Below, piece after piece: positions 10,291 through 22,012 of a stretch of DNA of 37,845 nucleotides. The first letter of the stretch is position 1, and each line of letters starts with the position of its first letter. The stretch spans positions 1 through 37,845 of the forward strand of contig MU271524.1 in the NCBI GenBank assembly GCA_021432655.1, given 5' to 3'. The notes below the pieces were generated by a model. It was not told the DNA's origin, did not search any database, and worked only from the letters and a program-made list of their open reading frames with translations. The stretch comes from Atractiella rhizophila (lineage: Eukaryota). The translations under genes were made by a program, and so were the position numbers.

Positions 10291-11960
10291 TTGACAGCGC
10301 TGTCAACTTCTTGCCATTCTCGTCAGTTGACCGGTTCGTCTAGGATCTCTCTCAAGGCTTTGACTACTTGTTCTTCCTGTTCAGGCACCTTTTTCACACA
10401 TTCCAGTATGGACAACTCGGACATTTGTCTTGTGAGCGCAACCACGCTCCCAGTCGCATTAATGGTGATACGATCCGTGTTGAAAAAACGTTCTGGGAGT
10501 AATACTACGTCGAAGTTGTCGCAAGTCACCGGTTTGTGATCCGGTCGCCAACTGAGCACATCTGGTTTTGCGGAGTTTCGTCCAGGACGGTGTAAAGAGT
10601 GAAGTTGAAAGATGCAAGCTCGGTGATCTACCGTGCTTGTTGCCGATTCAACTTTTGTGGCATTCTGAAATATTCAAGATTTTTGTGATCTGTCAACTTT
10701 GTTGTAGGTGTCATAGTTCCTCTGGGCAGCGTCGAGCGATTTTGACACGAAACCGAGAGGATGAAGCTTCCCATCTGGCTTCATTTGCGACAAAACGGTG
10801 CCTGTCGCGAAATTTGACGCATCGACTTCGAGCAAAATTCGTCCTATTTGTTCAGGATGCGTCAAAACGGGTGCCGAAGTCATGAGCTGTTTCAAAGCGG
10901 CGAATGAACGTTGCTGATCTACCCCCCAGACCCAGGAAACCTCCATTTTTGTCAGTTCATATAAGGGTCGTGCGATGTGACTGAATCTGTCGCAAAAGCA
11001 GCGATAGAAATTAGCGAAACTGAGGAAAATTTGGACTTCCTTCATGTTTTTCAGTTCCAGCCAATCTATCACTCCTGCAACTTTCACTGGATCTGGTTCG
11101 ATCCCTCTGCTGGAAATGATCAAGCCTAGATACTTCACCACTTCTTGACACCAAACGCATTTCTGCAAATTTACGTAAAGCCCATTTTCGCGCAAAATTT
11201 GACAAACTTGTCGAACACATTCCCAATGTTCTTCTTCAGTCTCTGTAGCAATCAGGATATCGTCAATGTATATGAAAATGAATGCAGCGGCGATCATCGC
11301 GCGAAAATAGAGTTCAGGAAAGCCTGAAAAGTCGCCGATGAGTTGCAGAGACCGAAATACATCACCAATGGTTTGAAAAGTCCGCAATTTGTGCAAAACA
11401 CCACTTTGTGCTCGTCTCCTTCTTTGATGCGAACATTGTTGAAACCCTTTCTCAGGTCAATCTTGCTAAAAAATTTCTTACCAGAGACCATGGAGAAAAG
11501 GTCAGCTTGGATAGGGAGTGGAGTTTTGTCCTTGATTGTGGCTTCATTCAACTGACAATAGTTGAAAAGGGGATGAAGTTCAAGTGAGTCCTTCTTGTGT
11601 GTAAAAAAGACGGAAGCACCATGTTCACCTGTGCTGGGACGTATACGACCGGCACTCAGTTCAGCGTCAACGAATTGGTCGAGCGCCACTTGTTCATCTC
11701 TTTTCAAGGGGTAGACGGGACCAGCATATGGTTGAGTTCTGGTTTGAGGTTGATGGCATGGTCCCAAGGTTGTCTAGGAGGAAGCGAGGTTTTGAATTTT
11801 TCGTCGTCGAAAATGTCTGCAAAATCGGCGATTTGCGTCAGTATTTCAACAACGCTATTTGGTCTCATCACTGCTGCGTCTTTTGCCAGTTTGTGGGATT
11901 TTGTCATGGCAGCACGTATTGAGGCAGAGGACAATGGAAGTTGGTCTTGTGTGGTAGACA
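10291..11960 (-). pseudogene. Gypsy reverse transcriptase / RNase H (frameshifted)
   Basis: ORF fragments 11704-11961, 11294-11767, 10674-11396 and 10323-10559 carry consecutive RT/RH motifs in different frames. Confidence 0.9.
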
Positions 11961-13142
11961 CATCAACCGCGTTGCAACTGGTGGGGCAACGAGAGAACTC
12001 AACTTTCCCTGACGCCCTGTTTCTGGGTTGTGGTGTCTTAGCCAGTCATGACCCAGAATCATGTCGACTGTCCTCAACTCCGCCACTGCGAATTGTCAAA
12101 CTTCGTGATGGGCGGCGATCGAAATGGGTAAATAAGCGACAGAATGGATGGAACCCCCCTGATTGAGGGATCCTTCGATACTGTAAACTGGCACTGGGGA
12201 AGGGAGTTGAGTGATGGGTAGGTTGTATTCAGAAACGAGTTTTGGAGAAATAAAGGAAGTGGTTGCCCCGCTGTCGACAAGCACCGATGTGGCGTGTCGG
12301 CGATGTGAGTGTGGATGATGGAAAGCGGTTCTGAGTTTTGTTTTCAAACTGACTAGGGATGCCGTTGTTGAACGTAAACGGACTTTGTCGTACATTTTTG
12401 CGACATCTGTGCATCTTTGTCTCCAAGATGGAAAACGCAATTTTGAAAATGGGGAGTCATGTTTGGGAGAAGGGAAATCTGCGCAAAGCGACGCTTTGTT
12501 AGAAGTGGTTTTAGGTGATGAAAATGAATTGCAAGTCGGCGACGGGGACACTCCTTCACCCATCACTATCTCAAAAATCCTCATCCAGATCCGATGATTG
12601 AGCGACGCTCGTTTTCGGCAACCAGTCGGCGATTTGCGCAGATTGTCGTTCTTGATCTACGAGACGAGTGTCGAAATATTCTCCTTGTGCACAAAGGTAT
12701 TGCTCTTTGCTCATGGACATCTTACATTCCTTCTCTCTGTGTCCGATTTATTGGCATCTTCGACAACGAGGCGGTCTGAACTTCGTTGCATCCATCTCCA
12801 TATCATCGGGGTCTTTAGCTTCATGAGATTGCGAAGCGGCGCTCGGTCGGTACAGAGGGGGTCCGCTGTTGTCCTTCTGTTTCATCGATTTTGAGTGATC
12901 TTTCTTTGCTGAAGGTGTATTTTGGGTTCCACTCGTCACCGATGAGATGCCCCGAAAGAGGCTGGAATGCACAAATTCTTCTGTGTCGATTCACTTTGCT
13001 TTTTCCTTCCACTCTTCAAGGGACTTGGGGAAATCACCTTGTGTCACCCTAAGGTGTAGGACAGGATTGAGCCCTCGTTTGAAGAAGAATGTGAGCGCCT
13101 CATCATCAAAGTCTGCCTGATTGGCCAATTGCCAATTCTAAT

Positions 13143-13827
13143 TAGGGCTTTGCACCGTCACCGTCAAGACGGGTGACGGGTCCGGGACGGACGGCATTTT
13201 AAGCCACCCGTCCCGTCACCGTCACAACTTTGATGTTTCGACGACGGACGGTATAAACGGACGGGTGCTACCCGTCCGTCAAGCCCTCTTGCGCTTCCAT
13301 GACGTGTCAGACGGGGAACAACGGGTGTTATATATGAATTTTAAGTTTTAAACCTGTTTTTACCGGTTTTTTGCTTGTTTGCTGCAAGCTTTTCGTAATT
13401 TCATATTTTCTTGTTTGTAGCAGAGCAAACATTCCTTTGCATGGCCCGAAACGGCCAGAAAGGGACTTCCGGGTCAGTACAAACCTAACCTTATGTGAGC
13501 CGGCTGCTTGCGGGCCATAGCCTGCGCAACCAAATCACCTTTCCGCCCAGCCAAACAGGTCTAGGCTTGCCGGCATTAGTAGTTAGCGGCTAGAACATGG
13601 CATGAATGACATATTCCGGTGGTGCCGCACAGAATAAATGAACATTTTGTTGAACACCCGTGTTCGCCGTCAAACCCGTCCGTCTGCTTCCCTTTTCTTG
13701 CCGTCACAATCCCGTCACCGTCAGAAAGTCCCCGTGTTCAGTGCCGGTGCGGCTGACGGGACGGGGTCACCCGTCCCGTCGCCGTCTCAGGCACAAAAAT
13801 CGACGGACGGGACGGTGCAAAGCCCTA
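13143..13827. mobile_element. Non-autonomous hAT-superfamily DNA transposon (MITE-like, 685 bp)
   Basis: Perfect 17-bp TIRs TAGGGCTTTGCACCGTC / GACGGTGCAAAGCCCTA. 8-bp TSD ATTCTAAT at 13135-13142 and 13828-13835. Dense subterminal GACGG/CCGTC motifs at both ends. No transposase ORF. Confidence 0.92.
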
Positions 13828-13861
13828 ATTCTAATGATGATATGTTTTACCCTTCAATGAC

Positions 13862-14403
13862 GCTATTAGGCCCCTACCCGGTAACCGTTCGACACTTCTC
13901 CCACATGGCTATACATCGCCCATGCGACCTGGTACCCGACCAAATGCTGCCAATGCGAAGAGGCGATGGCACGGACCTGCGTAAGCAACTGCGGCTGGTG
14001 CGACGTCTGGGGCAGTGTGCAGCTAGGCATAGTCCGCAGGAGAAAGCGTTACGTCCGCGTCGGCAGAGAACCTAAAGCTTTGCGGTCTACAGCCATCGCC
14101 CATAGTAGATGTCTTCGACTTATGCATCGGTACAGTCACCGCTGAGCCCTCCGGCAAACCGACTCTTCCGACGAATGCCTAGACCCTATGGGGTGCTGCT
14201 TCGGATGAGAGTAAGCTCCACTGTTAGTTCCTCGCTATGCAGAACGTAGTGTGGGCCAGCGTGTGCCTTCCTGGTTCGTATAACGTCATGTAATGGTAAA
14301 ATGTGCCCTCGCGCAACTCCTACTCTGGCAGGAAGATCTTACCTATGGCTGTTCCGTGGTTCAACGCCTACACAACTGCTTCCCAGAACGACGCTGCTAA
14401 GTG
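13862..14403 (+). pseudogene. Decayed reading frame of unknown product
   Basis: One frame reads ..AENLKLCGLQPSPIVDVFDLCIGTVTAEPSGKPTLPTNA*TLWGAASDESKLHC*FLAMQNVVW..VPWFNAYTTASQNDAAK*. Its internal stops are all TAG/TAA. Confidence 0.45.
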
Positions 14404-14676
14404 ACCGCAAAGACACGCGAGTACCCTGAGCAGCCTTTACTCCTTATGTGCTGGTGGTTAAGCCGATACCCATCTGCACTGCCAAACCTCCCTTGCCCTC
14501 CTACCACCACGCCACTTCACTCCCCCTCACAAACCTTTACCCAATACTTTTGTTGCCCTGTACTAGCCACAAACGGCACAAACGGCGCGCAAGGCTTCGT
14601 CTCCGTTTGTACACCGTGAAGTGGCGTTCTGGCCATGATATTTCCTTGTGGACGCTTCAGAGAAGGCAGAAAGGGG

Positions 14677-14813
14677 TTAGTGAAATAGTAGATAAAGTAG
14701 CACGAGTGCAAACACACTAACCCCTGTAAAATCCATACAAACATACGTAACGTTATTTAGTGAAATAGTAGATAAAGTAGCACGAGTGCAAACACACTAA
14801 CCCCTGTAAAATC
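14677..14813. repeat. Direct repeat, 2 x 57 bp with 23-bp spacer (seen again at ~15568-15705)
   Basis: TTAGTGAAATAGTAGATAAAGTAGCACGAGTGCAAACACACTAACCCCTGTAAAATC at 14677-14733 and 14757-14813. Confidence 0.9.
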
Positions 14814-14831
14814 GGGTTCGGTTTTAGAGTA

Positions 14832-15419
14832 NNNNNNNNNNNNNNNNNNNNNNNNNNNNNNNNNNNNNNNNNNNNNNNNNNNNNNNNNNNNNNNNNNNNN
14901 NNNNNNNNNNNNNNNNNNNNNNNNNNNNNNNNNNNNNNNNNNNNNNNNNNNNNNNNNNNNNNNNNNNNNNNNNNNNNNNNNNNNNNNNNNNNNNNNNNNN
15001 NNNNNNNNNNNNNNNNNNNNNNNNNNNNNNNNNNNNNNNNNNNNNNNNNNNNNNNNNNNNNNNNNNNNNNNNNNNNNNNNNNNNNNNNNNNNNNNNNNNN
15101 NNNNNNNNNNNNNNNNNNNNNNNNNNNNNNNNNNNNNNNNNNNNNNNNNNNNNNNNNNNNNNNNNNNNNNNNNNNNNNNNNNNNNNNNNNNNNNNNNNNN
15201 NNNNNNNNNNNNNNNNNNNNNNNNNNNNNNNNNNNNNNNNNNNNNNNNNNNNNNNNNNNNNNNNNNNNNNNNNNNNNNNNNNNNNNNNNNNNNNNNNNNN
15301 NNNNNNNNNNNNNNNNNNNNNNNNNNNNNNNNNNNNNNNNNNNNNNNNNNNNNNNNNNNNNNNNNNNNNNNNNNNNNNNNNNNNNNNNNNNNNNNNNNNN
15401 NNNNNNNNNNNNNNNNNNN
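14832..15419. other. Assembly gap (N run) with ~300 bp duplicated on both sides
   Basis: Run of Ns. 14532-14831 recurs at 15422-15723. Confidence 0.98.
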
Positions 15420-15729
15420 ACAACCTTTACCCAATACTTTTTGTTGCCCTGTACTAGCCACAAACGGCACAAACGGCGCGCAAGGCTTCGTCTCCGTTTG
15501 TACACCGTGAAGTGGCGTTCTGGCCATGATATTTCCTTGTGGACGCTTCAGAGAAGGCAGAAAGGGGTTAGTGAAATAGTAGATAAAGTAGCACGAGTGC
15601 AAAACACACTAACCCCTGTAAAATCCATACAAACATACGTAACGTTATTTAGTGAAATAGTAGATAAAGTAGCACGAGTGCAAACACACTAACCCCTGTA
15701 AAATCGGGTTCGGTTTTAGAGTAAACCAT

Positions 15730-17434
15730 CGCTCTCTCGAGCTAATGCCAGGCGCTCATTGTAGTGTAGTTTCTACCGATGCCTTCCTTCATGGTGCGGT
15801 TGTCCTCAATGGAGTCCCTCCTCTCTAGGTAAGCCCTGTCCTCGGAGCTGGGGTCCTTGTCTCCTCCGTGGTAATAAGTGCTGGAGCTGACAGGGTATGA
15901 GGCAAAGTAGAAGGCGCTTTTAACGCAGGCTTTATTTGGAGGGTTGCCCTAGTCACGTCTGGTAACAACGTTTACCCCTTCTAGGGAGGAGAGTGAGAGG
16001 TTTTAAGCTGGTCTAAGAAGGCGAGAGACTTCAGGTAGGAGCTGCGCTTGTTGCACCCCTAAGACGACCTACCGTAGCACTGCCTTGGTCAGTCGGGATA
16101 CAGACTCCTTCCCGACTGCCACTGCGTCTACGTTCTCTACTACAGGTTCCCAGTTTGAGGCTTCTATTTCTCAGGTTGTCTACTCCTCTTATGCCGCAAG
16201 TAGTTCCGAAACAGCTTGACCTCTGCGTACCGCCGTCAACGCTACTACCAGAACTTTGTTAGACACCCTCTGTGCCGCTCCCACAAGTAGCTTCTGGTCC
16301 ACCTAGGCCACTTCCGGTATTTCTAAGACTTCCTGTTTATGCTCTGGTTCCTTAAGCGACTGTGCCGTGTGGACAACGCTGTTAAGTGCTTGAAGTGGGT
16401 GCTCAGCTCATTAGAATCGGAATAGCTTACCTAGCGTTTTAACGTGCTCGCTTCTTCTTATAAGTTGCTCAGGGTCCTGCTTGACTGCTAGTCGCTATGG
16501 GAGGAAAGCATATGGGAGCAGTTACCTAACGCTCTTCTTTGGTCTTCCACCAACAGGAGTTGTCCTCAGTTGGTTCGCCTAGAGCGTAGACAACACTTGG
16601 CCGACTGCCGTCTTCTTAACCGAAACTCCTTATCCCTCCTCCTATCTAGTCCTCCGTTTCTGCAGCGTGAGCAGCGGTCCTAAAGTGGGGTCGTCTGGCG
16701 CAGGAGCTTGTTGCGCCCTTTCTTCTCCCTGCCGTTACTACCGGCAAGTGTTGCAGGTAACTAGTTGTCCTAACGCGGGTTACGGTCCTGCTAGTTTTTA
16801 ACCCCTTTAACCGGAGTACCCTGCTGACTTTCCCCTGTTAAAGCTAACCCTCGCGCCGTTACAATGGTGACGCCCTTCCTGCCGGTAAAACCTGCCTTGA
16901 CGTTGGAGTTATCCTTCGTTGTCCGACGGAGGGAGGAACGACAAAAATTTGTCATGCTGTAGCTCTAAGGTGCTTTGCTTGAGGTACAGGAGTAGCGATG
17001 TCAACGTCTACTAGTTGTACGTTTGGGCTATGCGCGTTGCCTGTTGTTAGGACGCTGCCCCTTTGGCATATTGCTCGTCAACCTACACCAGAGTCTGATA
17101 CTGGTTAGTCACCCTCAAATATACCGCCTTCAGCTCCTACTACTACCCGACCTTCACCAGCTGAAGCCTCGGATGAAATGTAGGAAGCTGGAACTGTGAA
17201 ACTCAGGGAGTCTCTAGCTCTTAAAGCTGGGGCTTACGCTTCCTAAGCGCAACTACCGGCCTTATTCACTGCCTCTTGTCCAGCTTCCATGCTACGCTGG
17301 GAAGGTGGACCTGTCGCGGCGGAGTTAAGTGGAGTGACATACGGGTACCGATAACGTGCTAAAGTTCCTCGAGCTATTTGGTTAACCGTAGTTCCCACGA
17401 ACCCCAAGGTTCCCAAAGCGGTGTCGCTAGCCAT
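15730..17434 (-). pseudogene. Decayed, apparently spliced gene of unknown product (RIP-like damage)
   Basis: One frame reads LVKVG***ELKAVYLRVTNQYQTLV*VDEQYAKGAAS*QQATRIAQTYN**TLTSLLLYL.. and ..EPEHKQEVLEIPEVA*VDQKLLVGAAQRVS..LAA*EE*TT. GTAAGC donor with a 42-nt in-frame intron candidate at ~16430-16389. Confidence 0.55.
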
Positions 17435-18771
17435 TGGAGTTTCGACGCAAGTGTGAGCTGCTGCCCTGTTGCTCGCAACCCCACTATTCTTTGCAGATGA
17501 TGCGTGGCCCCAATCCGCACTTAGAGTAAAGTAGTTTCTAGAACTACCTTCGACCTCACGTCAAGTTCTTACTGTGTTTTTCCCAGATGAACGTACCTTT
17601 CCCTTCAGTAATCACGTACGCGAATTCGAAACCCAAAGCCAGTTTTGCAGCCTGCAGCCTCACTTCCCTTGGCTTTGTTGATCATCATCTACTTCGCAGC
17701 ACTGTAAAAGGGTGTGATATTTATCCTCCTCGACGACTTGTCGACATTAAAAACCGCCAATGAGAATGACATCTTGCTAAGGGTATAAAACAGCAAGCTT
17801 CATGCCTCGGTGTGCAGGTGCACAACCGCTCTCAGATCCAATTACTCACACCAGAACCATGAAGTTCATCTAAGCATGTTGGTACGTCCTAATTATGTAC
17901 CGTAATGCCCCTCATACACTCAGCAAATCTGGCAGACAAACGGACTAGCAAGGAAAGAACTTGAAGAAGAAGGAGTAACATTTAAACCTAATCACCCACA
18001 GTGAACTGGAGATATCACAATGATTTTACTGCACGACGAGCACCATGTCACCTTGTTTCCTTTGCAAATCGTCTCCCATCCATGTCGCGATTCATCGTTG
18101 TTTTGTAGGATCGAAGTCAGAACATCCCAGGACAACGCTGAAGTAGCATATCAGTCAGGTCAAATCTCGAACTCCACTCTCATTACTATGAGAAAGTAAC
18201 AATTCAGATGGAGTGCGACGGCGACAGTAGAATAAATCAAGTACACTTGAGATTGCAGCTTTATTTCTTATGTAGACATGACAAAAAGTACTGGCATGAT
18301 GTTTTAATTAGGAAACCTATGCTCGACAAGACAAGACAAAGAAATCTTCAACCGGAGACCAACGCAATGCAGTTGACGATACCCTAGTGTAACGTGATTT
18401 GTCATAAGTACTTTACTTCTACTGTCACGGTGACGGACTATTTATAGAAGGAGGGATATCACTGAAACAACCAAAACCGAAACCGAAAATCATTCATCAG
18501 GCTGCCTCGTCGCTCGATTGATTCGATGGTTTGAATGAGAGAAAACAGAAAAGAGTGCAAATATCCTTGAATCCAGTTCAAGCATTGAGACAGAGATATC
18601 GCCTCGACAGTGACAGCCAGTGCTGAAACTCGATACTGACTATCGTCGAAACTGGGTTACCAGCGGGTGACTGAAGACTGAAAAACACGGATGAAACGCT
18701 GAAATTTGATGTTGAAGTTTGACGTTCACGCTATATTCATGATCCTTCAACGCGTGATCCAGGTCGGCCAT

Positions 18772-20880
18772 CTAGACTGTACAGGTCCTCGTCCTTTCTC
18801 CCATCCTAGGAAACGGACGGGCGTCGATGATGGGTGAATGGCTCGTCCAAGTTTTTCGCCTATGCATTTCTTGCGCCAGAGATGTCTTGAGGGCAGGTGT
18901 GGAACTTCGTTGGTAATCATGGTTTGGGATGGAGATAGGGTCCTTAAAAGGAGGCAGGAGAGGGGATCGGCGGCGTTGGTGGGGGTGGTTGTGTTGATGG
19001 ACAGAGTGATTAGTGATATTGATCAAAGGATGATCCGACCTCGCAGACTCTCGATATCTCGATTGAAACCTCGACTGAACGTGGGAGGATGGGGGAGGGG
19101 GCGAAGACGTTGGAGTGGAATAAAACACGACTTTCTCTCCTCTCCCTCCATACGTCTTCTTCCTCTCCCTTCCCTTCCCCTTCACTTTCAGTTTTGCGGG
19201 AGAAGTGGGTCCAGTGAGGGATCTTTCCATCGTTGGGGACGCATTGGGCTTTACGATTCCTGATGGACGTCTGCAAGTAAATGGCGGTGAGAAAGCTCGA
19301 TCTGGGGAGGATTGTGAACGTTCCATGTTAGTTGAGACGAGGGATCCATATCCTGCGACAAGTGGGCTCTGAACATAATTCGTACCGCCCTTTGAGGACA
19401 GTTTCTGCAGCAAAAGCTTAGAACCCCAAACTGACCGCGAAGAATCAAGAGCAAAGGCAGGGAGGCACTCACGGATCCACCAAAGCCCATCGCACCATTC
19501 CCGCCTTCGATGCCAACAGAGCCGACTCCGATCCCCAAGCCCAGTCCAAGTCCCAACCCAAACCCCAATCCGACGAGTCCACATGAATCCGCTTCTCTCC
19601 TCTCGTCATCAAGTAGTTTCTGCACCATCCGCCCCTCTCCCTCCTCTTTCACCACTGCCAGATCCTTCAATGGATCCTCTTCCTTCAAGCCGTATCCTGG
19701 GGTCGATATCGCTGAACGCAGAGCCGGAGAGGAGTGACAAGCGGTCGGGGTGGGAGGAGACGGTGTGGGTAAGCTAGAGCTCGATGCCGGAGATGGAGTG
19801 AAGATGGTCGACGTTTCCGTCTTCGTTGTACTCGGGGAGGGGCAGGGATCATCCTCATCATCAAGAGGCGAACCATCCTCCTTCAACTGAAGTCCCAGAC
19901 CCAAGCCCGAGCCGGAGCCCAAGACCACGCCCAAGCCCGCGTCAGAACGGGATGTTTGCTCCTCCTCCCAACAATCCTCTCCCTCTCCTTCTCCCACGAC
20001 CTCCCCATCCAAAACGGTATGAATTACCTCCAACCCGAGCGAGCTCCTCCCCACTGGTCTCCTCTTCTCCTTCGGCATCCTTCCCACCACGACCCTCTTC
20101 TCGAAATCGGGCGTGGGGAACTGTCCAAGCTGCATGGCTCGACGGGTGAACCATTCGTGGTTGTGGAGGCTATAGCGTATGGACTTGGACTTGTTCCTTT
20201 GGATCACTGAAGGGCTCGGAGACGGCGGAGAGGACGGGGAGGAGGGAGTGGGGGAAGGGATGTGGAAGATTGGATTCGTCAGTGGGATGGGGAGTGGGGA
20301 GAGGTGGGCGGCGTAGTCGGCATAGATTGGGTGAAAGGTGGGCGAGAGGAGGAGGCGCATCTGAATCCATCATTCCACAGTAATAGTTAGCAGCTGTGTT
20401 GATGAATGGAAAATACGGTACCTTGATTGCGCTCCAACTGCCAACACACGCATGCCACACATACATCGACACCCTCCACCCGCCATTCTCCATCTTCCAC
20501 ACTTCACACGGAAACAGTGGCGGAGGCGCGTCCTCTTCTCCCTCATACGCATATCCTATCACCCTAAAGCTCCCGATATGTCCACCCTTCAAGTTGCCGT
20601 CGTGAGGCGACAGAATGAATGTGACGTTAGGCGGCCAGATAGCCAGCAGGCGGGGTGCAACGGCGTGGATGGGTACGGGCGAGGGGTGGGTGGAGAGAGC
20701 GTGGAAGGTGGGGGAGGATGAGGCGATGTAGCATTGGCGGGAAGAAACGAGGCAGTCGTACCACGGCGCGTCTGGGCGGGGGGAGGACGGAGGAGAGGGC
20801 GTGGAGGGAGAGTGGGTGGGGGAGGGAGTGGAGGAAGTGGAGGAGGAAGGAGGGAAGATGAGGAGGGAGCAGAAAAGCAT
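18772..20880 (-). CDS. Pro/Ser-rich hypothetical protein, at least 3 exons
   Basis: Three ORFs join in frame through canonical introns: AIK|gtaccg..ctaac..cag|MRLLL and GGS|gtgagt..ctaag..cag|KLSSK. The 3' end is uncertain. Confidence 0.65.
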
Positions 20881-22012
20881 CTAGGTCGATGATGATGATG
20901 AGATGTTGTTATTGATGTATTAGGAAGGAAGTAATGATTAGTCGATGTAAGGCGAATATTTAAGTGTATAACGTAGAAATTACAGGATGAATATGTACCC
21001 TGAAGCGATAAGAAGATATAAACTGCGAAAGAGACAATAAACAAAACTCAGTAGGCTCAGAATTCAGCTCAGTCGTCGTTGTAATGTGAAACCTGCTACG
21101 TACAAACCTTAATTTATGACTGGTTTTCCATTATCGGGACCGAGTTGTTCTAATGGAAAAATGACAAAGAGCATATGAGTGTCGACGACGAGGAGGAGTG
21201 ACTATGAATGGGTGAGCACTCTTTGGATTAAAGCGGCACTGCACTACGAGGTGAGCTACATTTCTAGGTCTTGTTATTCGTCTCAGTTATTTCTGCGTGG
21301 CCCAAACGGCATTTTAGTTCTCAAGACTCGATTTTCAAGGTCTTGGCGGTTAAACTGGCTGCTGTAGAAGGCAGCGCGTGAACATTAACCTTGACATGGG
21401 AAAGTGGAAAGTATTCCTAGGTTGTGTTTCAATTGAAGAATGAACATCCAAACATCGATCATCAGAATGCTGTTATCCCACGCTCCGCTGAGCATGAAAA
21501 TCAGGAACACAGGATAGCAGTACACCTTCCACGCAACGGTTGTGTGGTTGGGAACGTCACTTACAGTCAAACCCTGAATCAACCCAGCAATCACAGGAGT
21601 TCTCTGTAAACTGCTCCCCTGAGTTTGAGCAATACGGCACACACCGACACACACCGATTTCTAGCTGTTTACTAGATCTTCATATCTTCCTTTTACAGCG
21701 ACGTTCGAGTTGGAATGTATACCATCATTTGTGGAAATGAACTGGTTTCTTTTTGGGGCATGTCAGTTATACAATATTCTCTTCTCTGCTGAACCGAAGC
21801 ATCCATACTAGCGGTATGCGTGAAGGTAAATCCATCTCCTACGCTCTCTCAGAGTCCATCAGCACTAGCCAGGACGCAGCCCACTGTAGATCTTGGCTTC
21901 AAGTTCTAGTCGCCTCTTTTCGCGCTGAAATGAGGTCGAGTTCCTGATTCTCAGTTTTCACTTCACAGCTCTATCAAATCAGATACAAGAATAACTACAT
22001 TGCATATAACCG

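Larger units (their letters stand above)
7950..13142 (-). mobile_element. Degenerate Ty3/Gypsy chromovirus LTR retrotransposon internal region (gag-PR-RT-RNaseH-IN-chromodomain), 5'-truncated
   Basis: gag LANQADFDDEALTFFFKRGL and DPDDMEMDA; protease LVDSGATTSFI; RT FSKIDLRKGFNNVRI and YIDDILI; RNase H VDASNFATGTVLSQ; integrase HNSQIAGHPG, IVDRLSK, HPQSDCQTER, WHGPFRI; chromodomain EEWEVEKIVD..YRLRYKGYSPSEDEW. Many frameshifts and stops. Confidence 0.95.

Noticed and set aside
12590..12750. gag CCHC zinc knuckle
   Set aside because: No CX2CX4HX4C could be read in the frames I checked.
14672..14682. AGGGGTTAG as a telomere-like seed
   Set aside because: Single imperfect unit with no tandem TTAGGG array.
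14753..15602. Long ORFs spanning the gap
   Set aside because: Artefacts of translating Ns.
14677..15705. Repeat-spacer-repeat pattern resembling a CRISPR array
   Set aside because: Eukaryotic context, no cas genes, a 57-bp repeat with a single 23-bp spacer, and the second pair is just the gap-flanking duplicate.
19510..20210. Multiple overlapping ORFs and GLGLG repeats
   Set aside because: Shadow ORFs of a low-complexity coding region.
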